NCBI GenBank assembly: GCA_024760505.1
Contig: CP058931.1
Coordinates: forward strand, 352,136-416,135
Direction: 5' to 3'
DNA length: 64,000 bases
DNA from: Nitrospira sp.
GTDB lineage: Bacteria; Nitrospirota; Nitrospiria; Nitrospirales; UBA8639
In this document: positions 1-10,058 of the stretch, piece after piece
How positions within the stretch are numbered: position 1 is the stretch's first letter
Layout of the letters: the number at the start of each line of letters is the position of its first letter
Made by a program: the position numbers and the translations under genes
The notes under the pieces: model-generated
Told to the model about the DNA's origin: nothing
The model's input: the letters and a program-made list of their open reading frames with translations, nothing else
Databases searched by the model: none

Positions 1-831
1 CATTGAAAACGAGAGGTTAATTGAAGTTACTGCTGGTTATGGAAAACTAATCAGGCCACGAAAAACATCGCGTAATGCTCGCGAAGCATCGAAATTTCAA
101 TGGCTGGGATTTTTGCGTATGCTTTTCAGGTGTCTTGTTTTTTGGCAAAACATGGAAAGTTCATATATCTCAAATTGGAATTCTGGCAACTTGACCGTTC
201 CAAGCAGACCTCACTTGCCTGGGTGCTTGCACATCGAAACGCTTCAGCGGGACCCGGCACAAAATACGACTTCGGTTTGGTGTATTAAAAAACTTGGTTT
301 GATGTATTAAAAAATGAGGTAGGACTGAAGGACAAAGGGGGGTATTCGGAATTAAATGACAGGAACATCTTTGGGAAACGAAGGGGTTAAGATCAAATGA
401 ATCAGCCCGACGGCTAACCTATAGGTTCCTAGTGGGCTATAACGGACTAATTAGTAGTGCCCAATACTGAGATGTCTTGAGCCTGGATTATTAACATTTT
501 ATCGTCTCTCTGATTCGTGGTGCACTTTCATGCTACCAATCTGGCTGTTTCAGTCTACTGGCGAGAGGGTAGAAATCCAATTTATGTCCAGAGGACGGCG
601 CTGGCGGACTTTTTCAACAGTCCCTTACCGGGAAAGTTGGCATTCCAACATACTTAATCTCTTCTCTAAAATGTTAACAGGGAAGTTGGGTCACCATAGG
701 TAAGTTGCGGACTGGCAATAATTCGACTGTCTAGAAACCGATGGAAGGAAATGACTCAGCTCAAAAAGCTTCCCACTCTCAGAAATAGAAACATCCCTCG
801 AACCTCTATGGTGACCACTTCATGGTGCTTG

Positions 832-1755
832 TTATGAGGGATGTTGGAGACGAAGTGAAGGGATAATGACTTCTTCCCCCAATAGGCCCAATCCAAAATG
901 GGGGTTTTCTTGAATTTCATGAACACTGCGGCGACCCACGGGTGAGTGATATTCGAAATTCACAGAAATTGTCCCATTCGGTTCAATAGTCACCTCACGG
1001 TTGAGGTATTTCTTCATTCCGGCATGCCAGACCGATAACGTATAGGTTCCTGGTGGAATGTCGGATATCTCAAACCGGCCATCCTCGGTTGTAATCGCAT
1101 AATAGGGATTGTCCACCACCACCCCCCAAGAAAACATATAGGGATGAAACCCGCATTGCATCACAAATATATTCCGATCCTTTTGCAAATGAATTTTTTC
1201 GATCATTGGCTTGCCGGGTAAATGATCATGTCTGTTCATCAAATCCAATACTTTATGAAATGGATTCATTGGAAGAGGGCGATTAAACAAGACCCTTGCC
1301 CCACGATCACGAGCCGTTTCGTATCCCTGGATATCATGTTCAACTGGATCCATATTAATGACCGTCAGCTCATCCTGATCCCTCAAAACATTGACAAATG
1401 GGAGAAAGTCACAATCCTTCGCTTCGATAGTCACTTCTGGCAACTCAAACGCTTTGCCTTTTTCAATACCCTTGAGCATCACAATCGCGTCCTTCAGCGA
1501 GCCCTGGGTTCCAAGTATGAAATCTTCAACAATACGCCATCCAGTTCCGGTTGAAATTCGCCCACAAAAAACCGGATCAGGAATCGTGACCAAATTAAAG
1601 GCCATGACTTTAGGCATCCCTCCAGCTAAAGTCACTTGCCCACGGATCGTTCCTCCTTGTTTGACCTGACTTTCTTCATAGGCCCAAACCGGGATGGCCC
1701 ACATTCCCAGGACGCCCAACGTCACCCCAATCATCTGTACCACCGTGCTCTTCAT
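832..1755 (-). CDS. Secreted cupredoxin-like (type-1 copper) protein with carboxypeptidase-regulatory-like beta-sandwich segments
   Basis: N-terminal signal peptide (MKSTVVQMIGVTLGVLGMWAIPVWA). Central segment resembles a plastocyanin/amicyanin fold (LTVINMDPVEHD ... QCGFHPYM), giving a candidate H..C-x2-H-x2-M Cu ligand set like amicyanin CTPHPFM. C-terminal DGRFEISDIPPGTYTLSVWH is typical of CarboxypepD_reg-like domains. Lies 130 nt downstream of the giant MCO on the same strand. Confidence 0.6.
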   Translation of the reverse strand: MKSTVVQMIGVTLGVLGMWAIPVWAYEESQVKQGGTIRGQVTLAGGMPKVMAFNLVTIPDPVFCGRISTGTGWRIVEDFILGTQGSLKDAIVMLKGIEKGKAFELPEVTIEAKDCDFLPFVNVLRDQDELTVINMDPVEHDIQGYETARDRGARVLFNRPLPMNPFHKVLDLMNRHDHLPGKPMIEKIHLQKDRNIFVMQCGFHPYMFSWGVVVDNPYYAITTEDGRFEISDIPPGTYTLSVWHAGMKKYLNREVTIEPNGTISVNFEYHSPVGRRSVHEIQENPHFGLGLLGEEVIIPSLRLQHPS

Positions 1756-1885
1756 TTATTCCTCCACCAGCATAAAATTCCAAATGTTTTTCACCATCTT
1801 GTCTTATGGGGTTGTGTGACCAGCACGGGGAAGCCGTGTATCGGCTTCCCCGTTCCCAAACCCGTCAACTAAACATAATGCCGGC

Positions 1886-4800
1886 TCATTTCAGTTCGAC
1901 GGGTTTAATATGGACCACTTGCTCGTGTGGCAACTTGGCTTCCTTAACGCCAGAAGCCCTTCCATCCAATGACAGGATTCGTTGATCACTCCCTGGTAGG
2001 ACGCGCAAATATCCCCATTGCCCTGATTGGGAATAGGGCAACCGCTGGTTGCTCCAGACGTAATCCCCTGTGCGTTGATATGGCCCACCTGCGGCCGGAA
2101 TGAAGGCATCCAACGCTTCTGACCCCGAAAACTCCACGACGTTGATTTGATCGGCTCCTCGCATGAATGGTTCGATCGGCCATTCATGACTCTCCACACT
2201 AAACATCCCGTTCTGCTCACTGCTGGCGCCGAAAACATGGATGCGAACGGGGTCACCGGCATGGGCCTCGATGATCGGCGTGACGGGGTCTTCCGGGTGT
2301 TCCTCTGAGCAGGGCTGGAATATCCTGTCCAACGTACAACCCTGCTCTTCCCGGAATAAATAGGGTTCCGCTCGATAATTCACCCCGACCAAACCGGCCA
2401 CGTTCTGCACGTAAGGCATAAAGCTCGTACCGATAATGTTGTCCTCGTCCTGGAAGAACAAGGCCGCGTCCCGATAATTAGGTCGGTTTTCATATCCGGT
2501 CACCGTTCTGTCCACGATCACGTCGGCAATCCAACTATTTTTATTGGATATATCCGCACCTGTTTTCGGATCCCGATACGTCGCGCCTTTCGGCCCAATG
2601 ATGATGGCGCCGTAGAGCCCATTCCGTGGATTGTGCATGACATTGCCCCAATCCCAAACCAACGAAGCAATCTCCCCTAAAAACGGATCCGCGTAATAGG
2701 TGTACGTCCGACTCTCCCCAGGTGCAACCGTCTGATCGCCGGGGTTCTGTCCGACGTTGGCTCCCAACGAATCCTTAGGATCGAAGGCGAGGGAAAGCGC
2801 GGAGAACGAGGCGCGGCTTCCCTTCATTTGATTCGTCAGGTGAATCTTGAGACAGTCGCCCACATTGGCTCTCAGAGTCAGCGGCATAGGTTGAATACCA
2901 CTGGTCGTCTTTGCGACATCTTCTTCGAGCACATATATTTTTCCCTCCGGATTCTGGAGCAGAATGTTCCTTTCGAAATCGACCTCTACGGCTTCGGGTG
3001 CCTTCGTGTTGAAATTCATGGAAGGAAAATCCATCGCCACAACATTAAATGATTTCACCGGAGCCCCGGCGGGACAGACCGGACCAGGCTCTGGAATTTC
3101 ATTACGACCGGAATACCCGGCCGGCAGCTTTTGAAGATCAGGCACCTCTTTATCCAATACCCGCAGAATACCCCAGGCTCCTTCCGAGAACTTTGAAGAA
3201 CGTCCGTTAAAATGGATGTAGTCACCAGGCTGGAGCCGAGGCCCGCCTGCCTGCGGAACCACGAGATCGTATCGCTCTGCGATACCAATGTGGATGGAAT
3301 TTTTCCGGTTGGCATCACCGGCATACCGCTCGGTCAGAAAGGTATGCCCTGACAACGTCCACACCATTGATTCGTTTGTCATGGTCTCCAGCAACCGGAA
3401 CACGACCGTATCGCCGAGATACGCCCTGACCATCGGCGTATAGGGATCCCCATGAACATGGCTATTAAAGATGTTCGAGAAATCCGGATTTGCCTTGAGT
3501 CTAGCCGCGACCGGTTCGGCCCGGAAGTTAAAACTGCCACCGGTGGTGTGGGTTCCCCCGTTGAGGAACGGCATCGGTGTCATGGGAATATGTTCAGGCA
3601 TGGGAAATGAGATCGTCTTTCCCGCTTCCAGCGCGACCTCAATCGGCTGGCCCGGAGGATTCCCTGCAGTGACGATGTTGACGGAATGCGGCACACTGTC
3701 GTTCAACTGCACCATCAGTTCACGGAAGCTCCCGTTCACTCCATACCCTACCGGTTCAACCGTATGGATATCCGCAACCGGTCCACTTCGGATCGGTTCG
3801 CCCGTTTTGGGATCGTGATAGGTTGAGCCCCAGGGTTCAACAATCATCGTCCCGAACCCTCCGTGTCCCCAAGTTACACGGCCAACCGCATGGTCATGCC
3901 AGAACACGGTACCCACATCCGCATCCGCCCAGAATCGTTGTCGTACGAATTCCACGGTGACAATGTCATCCACCGGATGATCATGCTCTAACGGCCGATA
4001 CAGGGTGATCTGATTCCCATCTATGGCTTTAATGCGCCCGATCTCGTTGTCTTTCACGTTATCGGCACCGATCAGAATCTCGGTCTTCGGATGATATTGC
4101 GCGGCATTTTTTACCGTAATGGTTAGATCACCTTTCTTGCCCGGCTTCGTGAAGACCGTATTCATCGGTAGTGGCAGGCCCTTGTCAGTCGTCTTCTCCA
4201 TCATCGTAAACGGTCGCACCGATTGCTCATACGAAAAACCGGTAATCACACCATCCGACGATTGATTGTCGAACTGCATGAAATGCCAATGGGTGTTGAT
4301 CTTCGACGCATGCATGTTGAAATTGTCGTCATCAACCCATTCGTTTGTCAGCATCCAGTCAACACAGTCGTACACGTTAGACCTCACGACCAGCGGATGT
4401 CTCTTATCATTATTTTTTCGAACCTCTTCCTCCTCTTCATGCAGAACATAAATCGTCCCATCCGGATCGATGATTGCCGGTTCATCACCTTGTTTGTCTG
4501 CCACCATCATGGGGGTCTTGATGAAATGCACGTTAAACTTCTTAGAGCCGGCATTGGCTGGGCACAGGCTCCATCGTCCGTTTTCTCCAGGCTTTGCCGG
4601 ATAGGAACTCATCTGACCATCCTCGTCTAAATGGATCATTTCGAGCCATGGAGAAGGATTGTGATTTTGAGAGAATGGAACCCGTTTTCCGAAATGCGGC
4701 CTCAAGTGTGGCCATGCGATCTTACCGGTGGTGGGCTCGAACAGAATCGGCAAGCGTTCGCCGGGAGCCGGAGATTGGTATCGTGGATTGGGGATCGTGT

Positions 4801-6784
4801 TTTCCCGTTCGGTCATCGCCCGGTTTCCGTTCCAAATCCAGTCCAATACCGTCGCATCATAGGAGAGGATCTGCTCTCTCTCATCATCTTTGTGACCGGG
4901 CCTGCCCTGAGGGGGCAACTGCATTTCCACCCAGTCCTTCACCGTGACGACAGCCGGATTGGCTTTCCAATCCGTTGTCCCCTTCTCGATAATTTTAAAC
5001 TCTTTGCCGAACCAATCGACTTTCTTGTCGATAAGCTGGTCCGAAGTGACACCGGCCTTGATCCGTCCCTTGCGGTCCGGCAATTCGCGAAGGTCCGGCA
5101 TCGTATCGTTGTGAACTTCTCCCTGCTGGATGGTATTGTAAACCCGCCAATAGCCCCACATACCGGCGATATAGTGATGCGCCACGTGACAGTGAAACAG
5201 AAAATCCCCGGCCAATTGCTGGCAGAGTCCCGATCCACATTCCGTTTCCAGATCAACGGCCTCGGACGGCCCGATCACCTCCACGTCGACACGGTCCGTC
5301 TTTGTTCGGACAACCGGGAACTTCACCGGTCCGTTTTTTGCGGTGTGCCACAGGGGCATTTCGTCGATCGCACGGGGACTCCTGGGCCAGCGAATTGACC
5401 CGCCATGGGGATGATGGGAATGGAAAACCTCCGATCCCCCATGCACCAGCCGGAACTTGGCCGGATCGCCCAAATAACTGCGCGGTACAGTGGTGGCCGG
5501 ATCACCGAAGGTATAGGCGCTGTAGGCCATTGACTCGTCCTCAAATCCGAAATACTCATGCTGCGTTTGCATGTTGTCCACACCAAACGGTTCGCTTCGG
5601 TAGTTCAACGCCCGCGCGACGGGCCGGTAGACGTCAGTGACCGGATCGCGCTGCGGAATAAAGTCACCATGCTTATTGACCGGACGAAAGGCTTCATCAC
5701 CGACTTCATGGTAAATGAGTACGAACTCGCGAAAATCCGGACCGGTGCCGTTTTTGATGATCGCCTGCCAACCACTGGTCATCGGTGTCGGTTCCCCTGC
5801 GCCAAGCGGATCCAGATACGTCGAACCCTTTGGTTCCACCACAAAGGTGCCCATCAGGCCCATCACCGTCAACTCACGATCATTGCTGTAACTATGAAAC
5901 TGCCGTCCGCCTTCCTGCATCGTCGGTGGAATGTACCACTCCATGTCGACGGCTTGGCCTTCCATCGCGATCGCATCGGGGTTCGTGGTTGTCGCCGGTT
6001 GGCCGGTTGTGCTCACCATCATACTTGATCCCCCGATCTGCAAACTCACCCCTTCGCCGGTTATCAACTGATTGCGGAGAGTGAACCTCACGCAATCACC
6101 TTGATTGCCTCGGATCACCAATGGCTGAATCCAGTTATTCTGCAAACCGGTCTCAACCGCGCCGGGGTCATAACCTTCCTTCTCACGGGCCGCGGCATTA
6201 GCCGCTTCTTCCTCCCTCACCTTCTCGAGATTTTCGGTGAGGACATACATGTAACCGACATAGTAGTCGAGCCATCTATTCAACGTGATTTCCACGTCTA
6301 TGGCCGAAATATCGTAATGCTTTTCGGGCACACCAGCCGGGCACAGTCCAGGCTGACCCGAGACGGGTTCAATTTCATTGTCCGAAGCCAGAAGATAGTC
6401 TGCCGGGCCGGCTCCATATTGATGGAGCATCGTGGCGGTGTCATAAGCCCCACTCCCCTCCATCAACTTCAAATCGGCCTGCATTTGATGTCCCATTTTC
6501 GACATTAACCGTTCATGCTGCCGATCCACCTTCGCCGCACGTTCAGGATTCCCCTCGATCGAATCCTCCAGGATCGTCTGCCCCTTCAACCTCTCTACCC
6601 AATTATTCGTCTTTCCTGACGCTGCCGCCACGTTATGACCAGCATGGGAATCCGTTCCATCCTGAATCTCCCCTCCCGCATGTCCCATGGGACTCATCAT
6701 GAGCACCATCCCTATACACGCGACAACGCCTGTCACTGCGCCATACACCTTCTTCCCTGACAACATAAAACATCCCCTCCTCAT
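1886..6784 (-). CDS. Giant multicopper oxidase-like protein (1632 aa, multiple cupredoxin domains)
   Basis: Single uninterrupted ORF with an N-terminal signal/TM segment. Canonical MCO copper motifs are present: HSHHPHG (nt 5402-5422), HCHVAHHYIAGM (nt 5159-5194), THWHF (nt 4280-4294) and FWHDH (nt 3890-3904). All short ORFs on the opposite strand inside it are treated as artefacts. Confidence 0.8.
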   Translation of the reverse strand: MRRGCFMLSGKKVYGAVTGVVACIGMVLMMSPMGHAGGEIQDGTDSHAGHNVAAASGKTNNWVERLKGQTILEDSIEGNPERAAKVDRQHERLMSKMGHQMQADLKLMEGSGAYDTATMLHQYGAGPADYLLASDNEIEPVSGQPGLCPAGVPEKHYDISAIDVEITLNRWLDYYVGYMYVLTENLEKVREEEAANAAAREKEGYDPGAVETGLQNNWIQPLVIRGNQGDCVRFTLRNQLITGEGVSLQIGGSSMMVSTTGQPATTTNPDAIAMEGQAVDMEWYIPPTMQEGGRQFHSYSNDRELTVMGLMGTFVVEPKGSTYLDPLGAGEPTPMTSGWQAIIKNGTGPDFREFVLIYHEVGDEAFRPVNKHGDFIPQRDPVTDVYRPVARALNYRSEPFGVDNMQTQHEYFGFEDESMAYSAYTFGDPATTVPRSYLGDPAKFRLVHGGSEVFHSHHPHGGSIRWPRSPRAIDEMPLWHTAKNGPVKFPVVRTKTDRVDVEVIGPSEAVDLETECGSGLCQQLAGDFLFHCHVAHHYIAGMWGYWRVYNTIQQGEVHNDTMPDLRELPDRKGRIKAGVTSDQLIDKKVDWFGKEFKIIEKGTTDWKANPAVVTVKDWVEMQLPPQGRPGHKDDEREQILSYDATVLDWIWNGNRAMTERENTIPNPRYQSPAPGERLPILFEPTTGKIAWPHLRPHFGKRVPFSQNHNPSPWLEMIHLDEDGQMSSYPAKPGENGRWSLCPANAGSKKFNVHFIKTPMMVADKQGDEPAIIDPDGTIYVLHEEEEEVRKNNDKRHPLVVRSNVYDCVDWMLTNEWVDDDNFNMHASKINTHWHFMQFDNQSSDGVITGFSYEQSVRPFTMMEKTTDKGLPLPMNTVFTKPGKKGDLTITVKNAAQYHPKTEILIGADNVKDNEIGRIKAIDGNQITLYRPLEHDHPVDDIVTVEFVRQRFWADADVGTVFWHDHAVGRVTWGHGGFGTMIVEPWGSTYHDPKTGEPIRSGPVADIHTVEPVGYGVNGSFRELMVQLNDSVPHSVNIVTAGNPPGQPIEVALEAGKTISFPMPEHIPMTPMPFLNGGTHTTGGSFNFRAEPVAARLKANPDFSNIFNSHVHGDPYTPMVRAYLGDTVVFRLLETMTNESMVWTLSGHTFLTERYAGDANRKNSIHIGIAERYDLVVPQAGGPRLQPGDYIHFNGRSSKFSEGAWGILRVLDKEVPDLQKLPAGYSGRNEIPEPGPVCPAGAPVKSFNVVAMDFPSMNFNTKAPEAVEVDFERNILLQNPEGKIYVLEEDVAKTTSGIQPMPLTLRANVGDCLKIHLTNQMKGSRASFSALSLAFDPKDSLGANVGQNPGDQTVAPGESRTYTYYADPFLGEIASLVWDWGNVMHNPRNGLYGAIIIGPKGATYRDPKTGADISNKNSWIADVIVDRTVTGYENRPNYRDAALFFQDEDNIIGTSFMPYVQNVAGLVGVNYRAEPYLFREEQGCTLDRIFQPCSEEHPEDPVTPIIEAHAGDPVRIHVFGASSEQNGMFSVESHEWPIEPFMRGADQINVVEFSGSEALDAFIPAAGGPYQRTGDYVWSNQRLPYSQSGQWGYLRVLPGSDQRILSLDGRASGVKEAKLPHEQVVHIKPVELK

Positions 6785-6918
6785 AAAAATCGATCATGGC
6801 CCTTTTAAGTTATTAACGTCTCCGGGAATATAGAACCCCCTTCTATAGCGATAACATTCTCTTCTCTAATGCATTTCCTCTTTGATTCATGGCAATACTT
6901 TTTCGTTCCTTTCCATTA

Positions 6919-6934
6919 AGCAAATAGCGAGCCG
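6919..6934 (-). promoter_or_regulatory. Candidate sigma-54 (-24/-12) promoter upstream of the giant MCO
   Basis: Minus strand reads cGGCTCgctatTTGCT, against consensus TGGCAC-N5-TTGCW, with exact GG-N10-GC spacing. It lies about 135 nt upstream of the ATG at 6784. Three sigma-54 activators are encoded in the window. Confidence 0.4.
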
Positions 6935-7348
6935 CCACACGCTTCATCCACCATCTACAAATTGGCCTTATTTTCGTGGCCTCTTTTGGCAAATAACAAT
7001 CAATTCGCTGGAATGCCACGAAATATCGCTGCCGTCCACCACGATTCCACCACCGCCTTTCGTGGGAAGCATTTTTGCTGCAATGCTCAACGATTAACGA
7101 GCAGGCTTGATTGAGGATTTCTTAAGAATGAAGAAAGGAATTTCAGGATGAGGAACAACGCTCGTCCGGTTGACCGGCGAGGACAGAACAAAGGCCTTCA
7201 ATATGCAAGCAGTGGAATGAGGGTACTTAAACCTTTATCACATATAACATGAAAGATTGTGGACCGAAGGGAGAATGGTTTTGCCCTTCACCCTCAAGTT
7301 GACTGCCTCCCGATACATAGGACTTCTGAACCGACATGACTCCACCCC

Positions 7349-8542
7349 CTATGCCGGTTCGAGTCGATCACGTTTTAAAACAAGGTTCTCTCTGATAATT
7401 TCTTGGGCCAAGGACTCCGCATCGATAAGTTCATCGGCATAGATGTTCGTCTCATACTCCTGGGTGGAAGCCTCTGCCAACGAGACGTCCAGAGGGCGTC
7501 CCGGCTCGCTCACATCGATATAGGTTTTGGTCGACAATCCCGGACGGACGGGGTGCTCCAGGATCTCTTCTTTCAAAAAAGCGACCCGCACAGGCACGCG
7601 TTCCACGATATGAATGAAATTGCCGGTTGCATTTTCAGGAGGCAACAAGGCGAATACACTGCCAGTGCCGGGCACCAACCCTTCGACCATCCCATGGTAT
7701 GTGTGGTGCTTCCCGTATACGTCCACATTTATCAGTGCCGACTGACCGGGACGGACCTGCTCCATTTCGGTTTCCCGTAAATTTACTTCCACCCACAGAT
7801 GATCCAGAGGCACGATCGTCATCAATGGAACACCAGGATGAACCTGGTCTCCGACCTGGGCCTTTCGCTTGGCGACATGGCCCGAAGCCGGCGCCCGAAT
7901 GCGCTGCCGGGTGTATTCGAGATAGGCGGTGATGAATTCATGCTTGGCGGCTTCTACAGCCGGATGCTGCATGATATTCACCCCCCCCACCTCCGCGGTG
8001 ATGGATTGGTATTCCTCACGGATTTCCCTGACCTCGGCTTGAAGTGCCCGCATCTTATCAAGGGCATTCTGAAGAATTTGCTCAGATATGGCCCCACTCG
8101 GAAGCGCCTCACGGAAACGGGCCACATCGTGACGTACTAAATCGAGTCGAGCCATCCTGGAGATAAATTTTTGCTGGATCTGCCGCCTCTGGGCAAACAA
8201 TGACGCGATTCTGCGCACCTCCCCCCCCAGTAAGCCCCGCGTCCGGCCCAATTTGGCCTGGGCCTGGTGTTCATCAAGACGAATGAGAAGATCTCCTTTT
8301 TCTACATACTGGGTTTCCTCCACAAGGACCTGAGTGATAATGCCCGTTGCCTGAGCCTCCAACGTGACGAGGTTGCCGGCAATAAAGGCATTATCGGTCC
8401 ATACCCAGAAACGGGCGTAGTACCACCAGTACCCGCCGTAAGCCAATACCGCCGCAACGAGAATCCCGCCAACCAACGCCAGCCGACGGTTACGTCGGCG
8501 ACGAATCTCCTTGGAGCGAATTTTCACCATAGGGGTATCCAT
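7349..8542 (-). CDS. HlyD/EmrA-family membrane fusion (periplasmic adaptor) protein
   Basis: Single N-terminal TM (LALVGGILVAAVLAYGGYWWYY), a long coiled-coil and lipoyl/beta-barrel-like motifs typical of EmrA. I prefer the internal ATG at 8542, 4 nt after the upstream stop, over the ORF-track start at 8593. Confidence 0.85.
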   Translation of the reverse strand: MDTPMVKIRSKEIRRRRNRRLALVGGILVAAVLAYGGYWWYYARFWVWTDNAFIAGNLVTLEAQATGIITQVLVEETQYVEKGDLLIRLDEHQAQAKLGRTRGLLGGEVRRIASLFAQRRQIQQKFISRMARLDLVRHDVARFREALPSGAISEQILQNALDKMRALQAEVREIREEYQSITAEVGGVNIMQHPAVEAAKHEFITAYLEYTRQRIRAPASGHVAKRKAQVGDQVHPGVPLMTIVPLDHLWVEVNLRETEMEQVRPGQSALINVDVYGKHHTYHGMVEGLVPGTGSVFALLPPENATGNFIHIVERVPVRVAFLKEEILEHPVRPGLSTKTYIDVSEPGRPLDVSLAEASTQEYETNIYADELIDAESLAQEIIRENLVLKRDRLEPA

Positions 8543-8546
8543 GATT

Positions 8547-10058
8547 TCATTTCCTTGCTTGAGAGGATTCTTGAACGATGGGGTATCCCCCACCCAGGGC
8601 TTCGATCAAACCCACCATCGACACAAGTTGATCGGCTTCCAGGGCCTTCAAGGCGAACTCCTGATCCAATACCGCATGATGCTGTTGTAACACCTCACGG
8701 CGATCGTCTAGACCGGTGCGAAAGCGGACTTCAACAAGGTGCCGGTCGTTTTTCACCGACGTCAGGAGCCGACGGTGTGCCTCAAGCATCGAGCGAGTCT
8801 CATGCCAGACACTCAGACTGTCGGCAACTTCCCGCATGGCTTCCAGCAAGGTATCGTTATAGAGTTCCACTGCCGAGTCATATTCTCTCCGTTGCGCTTC
8901 TAGTTCTCCACGAAGACGACCGCCTTCGAACCAGGGAAGCCGCAGACCAGGTCCGCCCCCATACGCAAGACTGGAGGATGAAAACAGAAGATTACCCAAC
9001 GAACCGGCCCCGCTCGCCAAAGTCAGAGCTCTAAAGCCCACGAACCCATTCAAATCGATAGTGGGAAGAAAGCGAGTTTTCGCCACCTTGATCATCTTGG
9101 CTGCAGCCTCGGCTCGATATTTGGCGGCAGCGAGATCCGGACGGTGCGCCAACAGCCCGATCGGCAACTCGGGCGGCAAGGGAATTTGCCGTGGCAGGAT
9201 CACCCTATCAGCGAACGCATGCTCTCCCCAATCAGGCCCATGACCGCTTAGTCTGACCAGCAGATATTGTTGAAAGTCCAACTGCTCCCGGGTACCGGCT
9301 TCGCGTTTATTCGCCGCCTCTAACTCCGCCGTGGCCCGCATGACCGAGTTGCCATCATCCAGGCCGGACCGAAATCGAATCTTCGCCAGATTCAAGAGAT
9401 CGCGACGAAGTTCCACCATGGCCTCGACCACCTCAAGCTGCTGGCGCAATGCGACCCTGCGAAAATACGACCGCGCGATCGCAGTGGTTAACCGTAACCG
9501 CACCTCTGCCCATTCCGCATGATGGGCCAATTCCCTGCTCATCGCGGATTCCATCATGGCGCGATTCTTCCCCCAGAAATCCAACTCCCATCGAAAACTC
9601 AATGGATTGATGAGGCCCAACGCAATATCAATCCCCGCCACCTCAGGATTAAGGGCCGCAAACACGCCATGTTCGGAAATCCGCTCTGCCGTCAGTTCGG
9701 CATCGGCCTCCAGGAACGGCAGCAACCTCGCACCTTCGACGCGGACCAGGGCATGCGCCTCTTGGAGACGGGCGTAGGCAACCTTGAGACCGGGGTTATT
9801 CTTGAGACCTGTGTCGACCAACTCGTCCAGTTCAGGACTCCCGAACTCTTGCCACCAACGATCTTCCGGCCATTGCGGGATTGGATCCTCCGGTTCGTGA
9901 TGGGTCGCATGGGAAAGTGTCTCCTCCATGGAATCCGGTTCTAAGAATTCGGCCGGTTCCTCGCCTGGAGGAATCCAGGCACAACCGGCACAAAGGAGCA
10001 GGTTGCACAGACTGAACGCAAGAAACCAGTGCCATTTCAATGCGAGGGGATGATTCAT
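8547..10058 (-). CDS. Outer-membrane efflux lipoprotein, NodT/OprM family
   Basis: Lipobox LLLCAGC near the N-terminus. Two OEP-type repeats (LDELVDTGLKNNPGLKVAYARLQEA ... LPTIDLNGFVG...). Start overlaps the stop of the upstream MFS gene by 4 nt (10055-10058). Confidence 0.85.
   Translation of the reverse strand: MNHPLALKWHWFLAFSLCNLLLCAGCAWIPPGEEPAEFLEPDSMEETLSHATHHEPEDPIPQWPEDRWWQEFGSPELDELVDTGLKNNPGLKVAYARLQEAHALVRVEGARLLPFLEADAELTAERISEHGVFAALNPEVAGIDIALGLINPLSFRWELDFWGKNRAMMESAMSRELAHHAEWAEVRLRLTTAIARSYFRRVALRQQLEVVEAMVELRRDLLNLAKIRFRSGLDDGNSVMRATAELEAANKREAGTREQLDFQQYLLVRLSGHGPDWGEHAFADRVILPRQIPLPPELPIGLLAHRPDLAAAKYRAEAAAKMIKVAKTRFLPTIDLNGFVGFRALTLASGAGSLGNLLFSSSSLAYGGGPGLRLPWFEGGRLRGELEAQRREYDSAVELYNDTLLEAMREVADSLSVWHETRSMLEAHRRLLTSVKNDRHLVEVRFRTGLDDRREVLQQHHAVLDQEFALKALEADQLVSMVGLIEALGGGYPIVQESSQARK

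Noticed and set aside
1891-6508. Dozens of 60-255-aa ORFs in other frames or on the opposite strand inside the giant MCO gene. The same occurs inside nxrA (14623-17952), nxrB (12719-13933) and the efflux genes.
   Set aside because: They are fully nested in long ORFs with strong family signatures and have no motifs or RBS support of their own. They are ordinary shadow ORFs.
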